Origin: Octopus vulgaris | Taxonomy: Eukaryota | Assembly: GCA_951406725.2 (NCBI GenBank) | Contig: OX597822.1 | Location: 79,360,001 to 79,424,000, forward strand | Direction of reading: 5' to 3' | DNA length: 64,000 nucleotides | Shown here: positions 26,283 to 39,218 of the stretch, piece by piece | Position numbering within the stretch: position 1 is the stretch's first letter | Layout: the number at the start of each line of letters is the position of its first letter | Made by a program: the position numbers and the translations under genes | Notes under the pieces: model-generated | Seen by the model: only the letters and a program-made list of their open reading frames with translations | What the model was told of the DNA's origin: nothing | The model's database searches: none

Positions 26283-26515
26283 AAGGCAGCGAGCTGGCAG
26301 AAACGTTAGCACGCCGGGTGAAATGCTTAGTGGTATTTCATCTGCCGCTACGTTCTGAGTTCAAATTCCGTCGAGGTTGACTTTGCTTTTCATCCTTTCG
26401 GGGTCAATTAAATAAGTACAAGTTACGCAATGGGGTCGATATAATCGACGTAATCCGTTTGTCTGTCCTTGTTTGTCCCCTTTGTGTGTAGCCCCTTGTG
26501 GGCAGTAAAGAAATA
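26283..26515 (+). mobile_element. SINE family A inserted in an older family B copy
   Basis: Flanked by 'agaaactgtgttga' and 'agaaactgttga'; degraded family B sequence continues on both sides. Confidence 0.85.
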
Positions 26516-26665
26516 AGAAACTGTTGAAGCACGTCATCTATCTGTCTGCCTGTCTGCGCGCGCGCGCGCGCGTGTGTGTGTCCTCACCACACTGCTCGAC
26601 AACTGGTGTTGGTTTGTTTACATGTTCGTAACTAGCGGTTTGGCAAAAGTAACCGATAGACTATA

Positions 26666-27500
26666 TCATCGTAACGCATTGTACGCCTGCAGCGACTGAT
26701 GACACGACAACTAAAGTCTTCCCGATTAAGCACGAGTTCACCAGCTTCCTTGCCACCCTTGTCCAGCCAGATCTTGGTATTTATTTCTTTATTTTACACC
26801 AGGGGCTAAATATAGAGGGGACAAACAAAGGGACTAATTCGATTACATGGACCCCAGTGCATAACTGGTACTTATTTAATCGACCCCGAAAGGATGAAAG
26901 GCAAAGTCGACCTCGGCGGAATTTGAACTCAGAACGTAGCGGCAGACGAAATACCTATTTCTTTACTACCCACAAGGGGCTAAACACAGAGAGGACAAAC
27001 AAGGACAGACAAACGGATTAAGTCGATTATATCGACCCCAGAGCGTAACTGGTACTTATTTAATCGACCCCGAAAGGATGAAAGGCAAAGTCGACCTCGG
27101 CGGAATTTGAACTCAGAACGTAGCGGGAGACGAAACACCGCTAAGCATTTCGCCTGGAGTGCAAACGTTTCTGCCAGCTCGCCTCCCTAATCTTGGTATT
27201 GTTCAACCAATGGGTTCTCTGCTTGCCTTTTGACCTATTACTCTCTACTCTTCCTTCTATGATAATGTTTTCTAGATCTCTGCTTCTTCGAATATGGCCA
27301 TATTAGAGGAGCTTTTGTTTTGTAACAATTTTCAGGAGTTGTCTTTCACCCACTTGTTATAAAACAACCCATTCATTTGTCCCTTGGTCCTTTTAAGAGA
27401 CTCATAACCTTTTCCCGATACACCCACGTTTCAAACGCATTGATTATATGTTCTTTCCAAATTTGTTCAGAGTCCATTCTTGACTACAATAAATGCCTAT
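26666..27500 (-). mobile_element. RTE-clade LINE 3' fragment split by a SINE A dimer
   Basis: Reverse strand reads INAFETWVYR...YGHIRRSRDLENIIIEGRVESNRSKGKQRTHWLNN. Confidence 0.85.
26782..27189 (-). mobile_element. SINE family A dimer
   Basis: Same dimer junction as 19998; 11-bp TSD 'atcttggtatt' at 26771 and 27190. Confidence 0.92.
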
Positions 27501-28055
27501 TGGTCAAATAGATCAAGTACCAGACATAAAAAAGATTAGTGTTTGTGGAATACTTCCGATTCAATGAGTTTGTTGTTCTATCGAGCGAACAACTGGAACA
27601 CCCGTTCGTCGATATCCACGCAAGAGAAGCAAGAAATTTAAGTTTTTTTTAACAAATTTTGACAAATTAATTTCTAATTTTTCAATGTTGCGAACATTTG
27701 TTTATTAACTGTGACTAAGACGCTCTGGTGAAAACAGATTCTATGCAAACGTGTCATAATTTAAAAGCAAAGAAAAAAACAGAAAAGAAAAACGGGGGGG
27801 GGGGGCAGCGAATGTAAGGGAAATAACTCTGACTGTTTTACGACAGAATGCATGCTATATACATGTGTATTATGTATATTTCGTAGATGTGGGTGTGCGC
27901 GCTGTGTGTGTGTGTGTGTGTGTGTGTGTTGTGTGTGTGTGTTGTGAGTGTACTAAAATATATACATTTAAATTACTTATATTTGAACACTATACAAATA
28001 TTCCTTTAAAAAAACTTTTCTTTTAATTTTTCTAAATTTAATTATTTAATCGTTA

Positions 28056-28093
28056 CAGTTGAAAAGGTCTCAAAATGACCGAAACCGGTACTG
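28056..28093 (+). ncRNA. Minimal hammerhead-like motif with a U3-A8 core variant
   Basis: cag-TTGAAAA-ggtc-tcaaaat-gacc-GAAAC-CG-GTA-ctg. Confidence 0.6.
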
Positions 28094-28141
28094 AAATGTT
28101 CTTTATAAAATTATCTTAGCATTTTCTACTTTGACTTGTTT

Positions 28142-28185
<44 letters not shown>

Positions 28186-28188
<3 letters not shown>

Positions 28189-28388
28189 CTTTTGCTTGTT
28201 TCAGTCATTTGACTGTGGCCATGCTGGAGCACCACCTTTAGTCGAACAAATTCGACTCCAGAACTTATTCTTTGTAAACCTAGTACTTATTCTATCGGTC
28301 ACTTTTGCCGAACCGCTAAGTTACGGGGACGTAAACACACCAGCATCGGTTGTCAAGAGATGTTGGGGGACAAACACAGACACACAAA

Positions 28389-28456
<68 letters not shown>

Positions 28457-28655
28457 TATATATGTATATGTATATATATATTCATATATACGACGGGCTT
28501 CTTTCAGTTTCCGACTACCAAATCCACTTACAAGGCTTTGGTCGGGCCGAGGCTATAGTAGAAGACACTTACTCAAGTTGCTACGTAGTGGGACTGAACC
28601 CGGAACCATGTGGTTAGTAAGCAAGCTACTTACCACACAGCCACTCCTGCGCCTA
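28186..28655 (-). mobile_element. SINE family B, full length
   Basis: Reverse copy of 22796 with a longer internal (CA)n tract. Confidence 0.92.
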
Positions 28656-28699
28656 TACCTACCACACTGCAACACCTGCACCTATATACATATATATAC

Positions 28700-28890
28700 A
28701 TACTATATAAAATCCGTTCTTTCTGTCTGTGTGTATGTGTCTTCTAGGATGTCGGGCATCCTCCATCCGATTGCGCTCAAATTTGATATGTAGATACCGA
28801 CGGTATCAGGGCGTGTATAAGTCTTGACAAGATTACAAAAATCGATTCCAGGTGAGAATGCGATCGACAAAGCCGTGGGAAATCGTTTTT
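28700..28890 (+). mobile_element. Non-autonomous Helitron-like 5' segment
   Basis: 'tactatataaaa...tctgtctgtgtgt...ccatccgattgcgctcaaatttgatatgtagata' has the organisation of Lep1-like Helitron ends. Confidence 0.45.
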
Positions 28891-29115
28891 CTTTGGAATA
28901 GAAAAAAAGTCTATATTTATTTCTTCTTTTGCTGGTGTCTCAAATTTAGGTTAAATCAGTGTTTCTCAAAGGGGAGGCGTATAGGACGGTCGGACAAGTT
29001 GTTCTGAGAAAATTTGGTTTAAATGTTTGACAACTCAGCACCGTCCATTGGACGGGGGCGTTTTGCTCGTATACACACACACACACACTGTATATATATA
29101 TATATATATATACAT

Positions 29116-29403
29116 AAAGGGGTAAAGACCCCCTTCGGTCATGAATGACCATGGAATTGCACCTAGAAAGTTACCCTCCTAGACACAAGTCCGGGCAAGG
29201 TTGTTTTATGGAAGACCAGCAGTCGCCCATGCATACCAGCCTCCCCTCTCCACGCCACCAGTGTTATCCAAGGGAAAGACAAAGGTCGATACAGCTTGGC
29301 ACCTGTGACGTCGCAACTCATTTCTACAGCTGAGTGAACTGGAGCAACGTGAAATAAAGTGCCTTGCTCAAGAACACAACACGCAGCCCGGTCCGGGATT
29401 CGA
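29116..29403 (-). mobile_element. SINE family C, 5'-truncated
   Basis: Reverse complement of about 22022-22310. Confidence 0.9.
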
Positions 29404-29439
29404 GAGAGAGAGAGAGAGACTATGGTCAGATGCATCATT

Positions 29440-29778
29440 TTTTTTATTCGGAAAACGAAGAGCAGCTAGAAAGTCTCGTACATAATGTTCGCATTTTATC
29501 AAATGATGTCGGTATGGAATGTTGGATTAAAAAGTGGTCTCTATTGATGATGAAATCGAGGAAATTTGAAGAAAGCTAGGAAACTGAAATATCAAACGGG
29601 CAAACAATGATGGCAGTTAAGAAAGGCCAGTGATATAAATATTTGAGAATACAGGTGGCAGATGAAGTAAAACCCGAAGAGATGAAGCAAATTGCATGTA
29701 GGGAGTATACAAGGAGAGTGAGAAAAATATTACAGTCAAGGTTGAATTTTAAAAAAATGTTATTGAAGTAATAAATTG
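29440..29778 (+). mobile_element. Degraded R4/Dong-like RT fragment
   Basis: QLESLVHNVRILSNDVGME...YKYL...EYTRRVRKILQSRLN, parallel to 13120-13400. Confidence 0.75.
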
Positions 29779-30080
29779 AAGACCAAAAGGTAAGGAATAG
29801 AATAGATAAAATCCGGGCTACATATGTTTCATAGGAGTGGAATCTCGGAAATAGTAAATAACCAAGTGAGGTGAATACTGTAGGCTGCTCTTCTGGTCAA
29901 GGGCATGACGTTTACTTTGATCATATGATGTAAACTTTAGATAATCAAGATACCCTTGGTTTGAAGAGTAGCCTGCAGTATTCACCTCGCTTGCATATTT
30001 TCCACTTCCGAGGTTCTGCTGGCTATAAAAAAATACGTAGCCCGGATATTCTCTACTCCATTCCTTAACTCTTGGGTTTT
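29778..30080. repeat. About 300-bp inverted repeat with a degenerate hammerhead in each arm
   Basis: 'gaggtgaatactgtaggctgctcttc' mirrors 'gaagagtagcctgcagtattcacctc'; 'ccgggctacat' mirrors 'acgtagcccgg'. Confidence 0.88.
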
Positions 30081-30270
30081 TATTCGAATACCCAGAAACC
30101 CTGGCTGCGAATCGTGAAATATGGAATATTTTCTTTCAACTTATCGTACTTCGATACGGGAAAAATTCACAACCCTCCGCACCAATAACCCACTATAGTT
30201 CCTGAAAGTTGTCTACGAATTGCTTCAAAACTTATGTTCTTCCTACACCTCGATCCTTCATTGGATCTTA

Positions 30271-30419
30271 AGGCCTCCACGACGGTGGAGTTACGATTTC
30301 AGGAGGACGATTGGGATCATGTGGATGAGAAAGGCGCGATCAGGAGAGGAGTGGACAGCGTGCTGTGACTAGCGGTGTCAAACGGACGTTTGACGGACTG
30401 GTCGGTCAAGGTGATCAAG

Positions 30420-30424
<5 letters not shown>
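30271..30424 (+). mobile_element. RTE-like LINE extreme 3' end
   Basis: RPPRRWSYDFRRTIGIMWMRKARSGEEW...stop, followed by tandem 'tcaaggtga' twice. Confidence 0.75.
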
Positions 30425-30466
<42 letters not shown>

Positions 30467-30592
30467 TTACACATTATATATGTCTAAGCCGCTGCTCCAG
30501 CATGGCTGCAGTCAAATGACTGAAACAAGTTAGAGAATAAAAGAAGATATATATCTATATTCACACATTATATGTATATGTATGTGTGTGTG

Positions 30593-30641
<49 letters not shown>

Positions 30642-30714
30642 GTATATACGCGCACACACGCATAATATATACTACATAATATGCGGGTATATATGTATGT
30701 GTGTGTGTAAATAT

Positions 30715-30816
<102 letters not shown>

Positions 30817-30962
30817 AACACACATACACACACACACGCATATATATATATATATATATATATATACACGCACATTCATACATACAATGTGAATTTGAGG
30901 TCTTGTGCCTCTGTAAAAAAATCATTCTATGCATATTTGTATGTATGTAAATGTGGTGCGTA

Positions 30963-30993
<31 letters not shown>

Positions 30994-31269
30994 TGATATC
31001 ATAAGTGTTTCTGCTTGAGAGACACGTGACCCTCCCACAGTTGTTATACTCTCATACGAAGACAAATGAATTGGAAACGAATGAACCAAACAATAAAGAA
31101 ATGATAAGAAATGGAAAATATAAAAAAAAAACAATGAAAAAAAAGAACGAATGGCTCCCACCCCACCCCTTCACCTCACCATACAACACGTTTTATTTTT
31201 TTGATAACCCGAACAGTAGCGCCGACACCACCACCACCACACCTCCACTAATATTGTTATCATTGCGTT

Positions 31270-32365
31270 TAAGGCGGCGACCTGGCAGAATCGTTAGCAC
31301 GCCGGGCAAAATGCCCTCAGAGGCATTTTGTGTGTTTTTTATGTTCTGTGATCAAATTCCGCCGCGGTCGAAAATACTTTTCGTCCTTTCGGGGTCGATA
31401 AAATAAGTACCAGCTGAACACTAGGGTCGGATACATCGAGTTAAGCCCTTTCCCGAAATTGCTGGCCCTCGTGCCAAAATTTGCAATCAAATTTGGAAAG
31501 TGGCGATCTGGCAGAATCGTTAGCACGCTGGGCGAAATGCTTAGCGGTATTTCGTTTGCCGCTACGTTCTGAGTTCAAATTCTACCGTGGTCGGCTTTGC
31601 CTTTCATCCTTTCGGGGTCTATTAAGTAAGTACCAGTTACGCACTGGGGTCAGTATAATCGACTTAATCCGTTTGTCTGTCCTTGTTTGTCCCCTCTGTG
31701 TTTAGCCCCTTGTGGGTAGTAAAGAAATAAGTATTTCACCTGTCGCTACGTTCTGAATTCAAATTCCGCCGAGGTCGACATTGCTTTTCATCCTTTCGGG
31801 GTCGATGAATTAAGTACCAGTCAAGTACTGGGGTCGATGTGACTGAGTATCCCCCACCCCCACATTTCAGGCCTTGTGCCTATAGCAGAAAGGATTATTA
31901 CTATTGCAGCTATACCACCACCATCAAATTTGGGGGAAGGGATTAAGTTAATTACATCGACCCCAGTGCGTAATTGGTACTTAATTTCTCGACCCCAAAT
32001 GCATGAAAGGCAAAGTCGACCTCGGCAGATTTAGAACTCAGAACGTAGAATAATAATAATTATATGTGTAAAGCGGCAGCTGGCAGAATCGTCAGCATGC
32101 CGGGAAAAATGCTTAGCGGCGTTTCGTCCGTCTTCATGTTCTTTGTTCAAATTTCGCCGGGGTCGACTTTGCCGTTCATCTTTTAGGGTCCGATAAAATA
32201 AGTGCTAGTTTGAGCACTGGGGTCGATATAATCCTTCTATAAACCTTCTACCCTGAAATTACTGGCCTTTGCTTCTGTACTAAAGGCGGTGAGCTGGTAG
32301 AATCGTTAGTACGCCGTTGTACTAACTTGAAATTGCCGGCCTTGTGCCAAAATTTGAAGCCATTA
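31270..32365. mobile_element. Cluster of about 6 SINE family A units in both orientations
   Basis: Heads at about 31271, 31498, 32070 and 32283, a dimer junction near 31730, and a reverse unit at about 31925-32048. Confidence 0.85.
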
Positions 32366-32393
32366 TGTTTTCTACATTAATCAAATAAGATCA

Positions 32394-32818
<425 letters not shown>

Positions 32819-32823
32819 GACCA

Positions 32824-32923
<100 letters not shown>

Positions 32924-33494
32924 CCTACCTACTTACCTATGTATGTATGTATGTATGTATGTATGTATGTATGTATGCCCGCATGTATGTATGTATGCAT
33001 GTGTGTATGTATGTATGTATGTATGTATGTATGTATGTATGTATGTATTTATGTATGTATGTATCTATCTATCTTTCTAACTATACATGCATGTGTGTGT
33101 GCATTTGTGTTTGTACTTTCAACATCACTTCACAACCGGTGTTGGTTTGTTTACATCCTTGTCACATAGCGGTTCGGCAAAAGTGGCCGAGAGAATAAGT
33201 ATCAGACCTATAAAATAACATTAGATACTGGGGTCGATTTGTTCGACTAAATGCTTCAAGGCGGTGCCCCAGTATGGCCGCAGTCCTGTGAATGAAACAA
33301 GCAAACTATAGAATATAGACCATAAAAATTATTGATAATTATCTTATATAACAGTAATTGCTGTATTCAATACTTACGAGGTTGTAAATATTCATGATTG
33401 CTATTGAAACGGCTGTAGTAGTAAAAGATTGAAGTTTTAAAATATCAATGATATTTTTCTAATAATGGTTGTCAGATAAATTCGTTCATTTTGA

Positions 33495-33815
33495 TCCCCT
33501 CAAGTGAAGGTGACGAGCGACGGTATCATGAGCGCATCCAACCTGCAGAGTCAGTTCCGTAGTGTATTGGCGCGGATCCACGCATATGAGCTCAATCAAC
33601 CGAACTTCATTGAACTGAACTGATAGGTTCGAATGCAGAGAGCCTGTGTGGTTGAATTTCCCTTCTTTGCAGCGTGAAAGCTATTTCGGGAAGTTTTTCA
33701 GTAATAAAGGCTTCTCTGTACACAACAGATATGTCTCAAGATTGATTGAAAGTAAAGAGATCAGGTGTGCAAAATGCAAATTTGTTTTTTTTCTACTTGG
33801 CACTCAATCATCATA
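33495..33815 (-). pseudogene. Degraded mariner transposase N-terminus (HTH region)
   Basis: Reverse strand reads ECQVEKN... then FNEVRLIELICVDPRQYTTELTLQVGCAHDTVARHLH. Confidence 0.75.
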
Positions 33816-34082
33816 TATCTAAACAAAGTTAAACTTTTCTCAAATTTCAAAAATAATAAACAAAAATTGATGAGGAAGAAAAGGCCATTAAGATTACGAT
33901 AATAATATTTTCCGTGTTAAATTTTATAACATTGGAAAGAAACAAATCAATTTACTAACAACCCTTGACATTTCGCTCTTAACATCCGTTAGATTAGGTT
34001 TTAATAGAATGAGCTCCAAAATTTGCGAATATTTCTTTCGTACATTAGTCTCTTTCCATTATATCAATATATACGTAAATGC

Positions 34083-34152
<70 letters not shown>

Positions 34153-34155
<3 letters not shown>

Positions 34156-34793
34156 CTTCAAACGGGAAGGAAGAGCTATTTTCATCATCCTTGTGGCTAT
34201 GGCGAAAGAATGTATCTGGTGGATGCGTCTGAAAGGATTGGAGACAAACACTTTCCTCTCTGGTCAATCTCTCATCAACTTCTTCAAGTACCACTTGAAA
34301 AGGAAAGTGAGAGTAGAGAGGCAAGTTTTGTCTAGCGAATGTTTTAAAAAAAGATGGGTGAATGTAGCAAGAATGGCACGTATGAATGACGAAGCCACCT
34401 TGAGCATAGTCCTATGAACCCAGAAATCGAAAACAGAGAGTTGCTTATTTGCAAAAAAAAAAAAAGAAATATAAAATGTGACATCATTGACCGAGGTTAC
34501 CGTGGTCTTTTCCGTAGGCTTTTCTTTGCACGGGTAAACCTCACCTGTCCTCCCCTTTACACTTCATATTGACATTTCTGTGATAACGATCCCTATTGAT
34601 CAATTTTTTTTCCTCCCCCCTTTTTTTTAAACCCCCCTTTTTTTTGTCCTCTTTCTCTCCTTTTACGATCCCTTTTGATCGAAACTCCCCTTCCTTTTTT
34701 TTTTTTTTTTTTTTTCTTAAACCTTCAAAAGAAAAGCTCTACCTTGTAATTTGTTCTATCTGTGTGCAGCCCTGTGTGGCTAATAAAGAAACA
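34153..34793 (+). mobile_element. L1/Tx1-like 3' end (ORF2 C-terminus plus 3' UTR) within (TATC)n
   Basis: AKECIWWMR...FFKYHLKRKVRVER...FKKRW, stop at 34417, T-rich UTR ending 'gtggctaataaagaaaca'. Confidence 0.7.
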
Positions 34794-34802
34794 TATCTAT
34801 CT

Positions 34803-35223
34803 ATGGCACGTATGAATGACGAAGCCACCTTGACTATGATTCTATGAACCGTAAAAATTAATACAGAGAGTTGCTTATTGGCAAAAAAAAAAGAAATATA
34901 ACATGTGACTTCATTGACCGAGGTTACTGTGGTCTTTTCCGTAGGCTTTTCTTTCCACGGGTAAACCTCACCTGTCCTCCCCTTTACACTTCATATTGAC
35001 ATTTCTGTGATAACGATCCCTATTGATCAAATTTTTTTTTCCTTCCCCCACCTTTTTTTTAAAAAAATTTTATTTTATCCCCCCTTTTTTTTGTCCTCTT
35101 TCTTTCCATTTACGATCCCTTTTGATCGAAAACAAAACCACCTTCTTTTACGCCCAAAAGAAAAGCTCTACCTTGTAATTTTGTCCTGTCTATGTGCAGC
35201 CTAGTGTGGCTAATAAAGAAACA
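34803..35223 (+). mobile_element. Second, shorter copy of the same Tx1-like 3' end
   Basis: Diverged repeat of 34373-34793, separated from it by 'tatctatct' and followed by (TATC)n. Confidence 0.85.
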
Positions 35224-35293
<70 letters not shown>

Positions 35294-35299
35294 GTTAAA

Positions 35300-35510
35300 G
35301 TTAATCCAAACAAGAAAGCACACACAAAAAAAAAACACAACGCTAGGACGTGGAACAAATATAGTATTATTGGACGCTCAGGAAAGAAGGAAAGAAGGAG
35401 GGTTTAACGTTTCGAGCGGAGCTCTTCGTTGGAAACATTGGAGAAGGAAAGATCCAGAGAAGGGAAGACAGAGGAAAAAAAATCGCCAACGGTACACACG
35501 CGGTCGCATC
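35300..35510 (-). mobile_element. Second copy of the 18282 element, hammerhead core mutated
   Basis: Nearly identical to 18282-18472, but CTGACGA reads CCAACGA. Confidence 0.75.
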
Positions 35511-35514
35511 TTGA

Positions 35515-35608
<94 letters not shown>

Positions 35609-36933
35609 TTGTCTGTCTGTCTAACTATCAAATATAAATACTTATAATAACATATATGCATATACATGCATTTATACATACACATATACATACATATGTA
35701 TGTGTGTGTATATGCGTATGTGTGCATGTGTGTGCATGTCCGTGTGTGTATGTGCGTGTGTGTATGTGTGTGTGTGTGTATGTGTGTGTGTATGTGTGTG
35801 TGCGTGCGTGCGTGCGTGCGTGTACAAATAACTACTGCTGGATATTTCATACTCGCTTACTAGTCTGCTAGATACTTTTACTTTGAATAATAAATCCTCC
35901 TTGTCCCCTTAACATTTCCTGACCTTCCTGGCTTCGAGAAATTTATTGTTCCATCAAAGAACACATAAAAGATTCATAAAAAAATATAAAACATTCTCAA
36001 TAAATTAAATGTAGAACCAAAGAATGGTTGTGTTTCTCAATAACATATGGCGTAAAGAAAAGCTGTTCCTCATAGGCATACAGACATCGTATATACATAT
36101 ATACACTAATACATCAATCATGCATATGTTCGTACCTACATACATAGGTGCGCTTACGTGCATATACATCCTTTGTATAGTCACATGCATGCATATATGC
36201 TATGCTAAATGTATATTTATCAGATACATAGCCTTTTGTGTACAGCCTGAAAGCATACACTAAAAATATGAATGATAGGGATATGAACCTTGACCTGGTT
36301 GTGATAATATCAAAGGACATACGAAGGGATGGATTTTAGCCAAGGTAGATATTCATACATGATTAGGTGTGGCTGTGTGGCAAGAAGCTTACTTCCTAAC
36401 CACATGGTCCCGGAGTTCAGTTCCACTGCGTGGAACCTTGGGTATGTGTATTCTACTATGGCCTCGGACCGACCAAGGCATTGTGAGTGGATTTCGTAGA
36501 CGGAAACTGAAAGAAGTTTATCGTGTGTGTACATACATACATACATACATACATACATACATACATAAATACATACATACATACATACATACATACATAC
36601 ATACATACATACATACATACATGCATACTTATACACACACACACACACACTCATGGGCCCAGGAACAGAGGGGTGCAGGGATGCGCTTGCACTCCTTAAA
36701 ATTTTTGTGGAATGTGGAATCAAAATTTGCACCCCTACGTACTTTTCTCAGGTTTAGAAAACTGAGTAAAAAGTGATCTGTAAAAAGTACTTTGAATTAG
36801 GTTTCTTCTCAAAGAACAAAGAATAGAATTAAATAACTGACTAACTAACTAAATAAATAAGACATGACCTTGTTTGTTAAACTATTTGGGTCTGGGTTTG
36901 CACCCGCTTGGCAAATTTCGTTTCCGACCCAGT

Positions 36934-37014
<81 letters not shown>

Positions 37015-38873
37015 TGTCTAGTAAAATTTTTTTTATGAATGACCAAATATTTTGTCGATTATCAGATGAGGAATACTACAGATACTTTGGGATGGATGTG
37101 AACGTATCATATGGCGGCACTTGTAACAAAGAACACTCACAAAAGATTTTTTACATCCAAATGAAAAAGATAGGGTCTGCAGAGATCTCTGTATGCTATA
37201 AAATCAGTGTCCCACAATGGTTTTTACTGTATCAGGACTTTTTTTTTCCAATAATTTAGCTATTCGACTAGGTGTACCATCCAGGTTGTTATGGTTGAAA
37301 CCGAAATCTACAAAACACAGAAATTTCCGCGTTGATATTGATAGTGACAATAAACCAGCGAGCTGGTAGAATCGTTTGCACGCCAGACTAAATGCTTAGC
37401 GGCATTTCGTCCATCTTTACGTTCCGAGTTCAAATTCTGCCGTGGTCGACTCTGCATTTCGTCCTTACGGAGTCGATAAAATAAGTAAGTACCCCTTAAG
37501 TACTGAGCTCATTGTAATCGACTTAGCTCTCCCCGGAAAGTGTTGGCCTTGTGTCAAAATTTGGAAACAAATATTGATAGTGACAGCGCCCAGACAGAAG
37601 AGAAACAAGGAAGTATGGAATTAATACCGATTTAATGACTATTTAGGTGTTGCTTATCTCCCTTCTACATCACCAAGCATCAGAGTTCATCCATAGATCA
37701 AGTCTGCACGAATCAAGAAGCATCATGAGAGGTATCAAGGTATTTTCTGACTGATGACCTGAAAAGCAAAGTCAAGAAAGAGGGTTTTGATACGTCTTGG
37801 AACAGCCACTTTGGTGCCGCCAATTTGGCGTTACTGATTCGATGCTAATTTATTTGACATCAGCCATTTGTTACCGGGGTCTTCTGACACGGAAAAGATT
37901 TGTCTCTATATTAGTTGACAGCAAACTGCTCGACTAATAAATTTTGTTTAACTTACTGTTTCAGTTTATATATGTGGTAAAATAATGACAAAACGTCGAA
38001 AAGAAAAACTGTTCTCATCATGGGTTTCTGAAAATCTTTGACAAAGTAGAACAGACAGGGAATTTAAATTTTGGTGCGGTGAGAAGAAATATCGGAAGAG
38101 AGAGAGAAACGCCTCTCTATATCTCACACTTTGTCCTTCTCTATCTACCTCTCCTTTTCTTTTTTCACGTATGTGTGTGTTTTCTTCAATCTCATGTGAA
38201 GAGGGGACTTGTTTTTAGCAGCCGGTGTCATTTAGGAAACTTCAATATTTCTCTTGCTCTCTCTCCCCACCTCTCTCTGCTTATGCGCGTGAATGTTTTC
38301 TCTTTGTATGTCTGAGGAAAGATGAAAGCGTTTATGTCAATCGGATTCAATTAATAAATTGATAAAGCGCAACGAGGTCGAAATGCAGCTGGTGTTCTCA
38401 CTAGTCGCTGCTGGACGGGTTTCGTCTGCCTCCGACATGCAGTGTCTTTTTAAACACTACATGTCAATAAGAGATGTTATTTCAGAACGAATACTGCAAT
38501 AAACTTACTTTTCAACGATGTATTGACATTAAGTATGGTATATATATATATATATATACATACATATATATATACATATATACACACACACATATATATA
38601 TATATACATATACATATATATATATACATATACACATATATATATATATATATATATAAGCACATATTTATGTATATATATACCTACACACACACATGTC
38701 TATTTTTTCTTAGTTTTTTTGTCTCTTTTGTGTTCTTTTGTGTCTTGACATTTGCATATATACACATGTATATGAATACCAGAATGTATGTATATCTGTC
38801 TGTATGTGAATGTACATAATTTTGCAAGTGTACTTATGTATGTGTTTATGAATATGTATTTCAACATCTGTAT

Positions 38874-38907
<34 letters not shown>

Positions 38908-39186
38908 ACACACACGATATGTAAGTGTGTGTGTGTGTATCGCTATTGTGTATGTATATGTGTGTGTGTCTAGACATTTGTGCAAATATATATGTATGTG
39001 TATGTGAGAATGTCTGAGAGTATATGTATAAACCCTTCCTTTCCTTTTCTGAGAGAGTGTGTGTATGTATGTATGTATGTATGTATGTATGTATGTATGT
39101 ATGTATGTATGTACGTATGTATGTATGTATGTATGTGTGTGTTTGTGTGCGCGCGTGCATGTTATGTCCTCTTTCTCTTGCTGATA

Positions 39187-39218
<32 letters not shown>

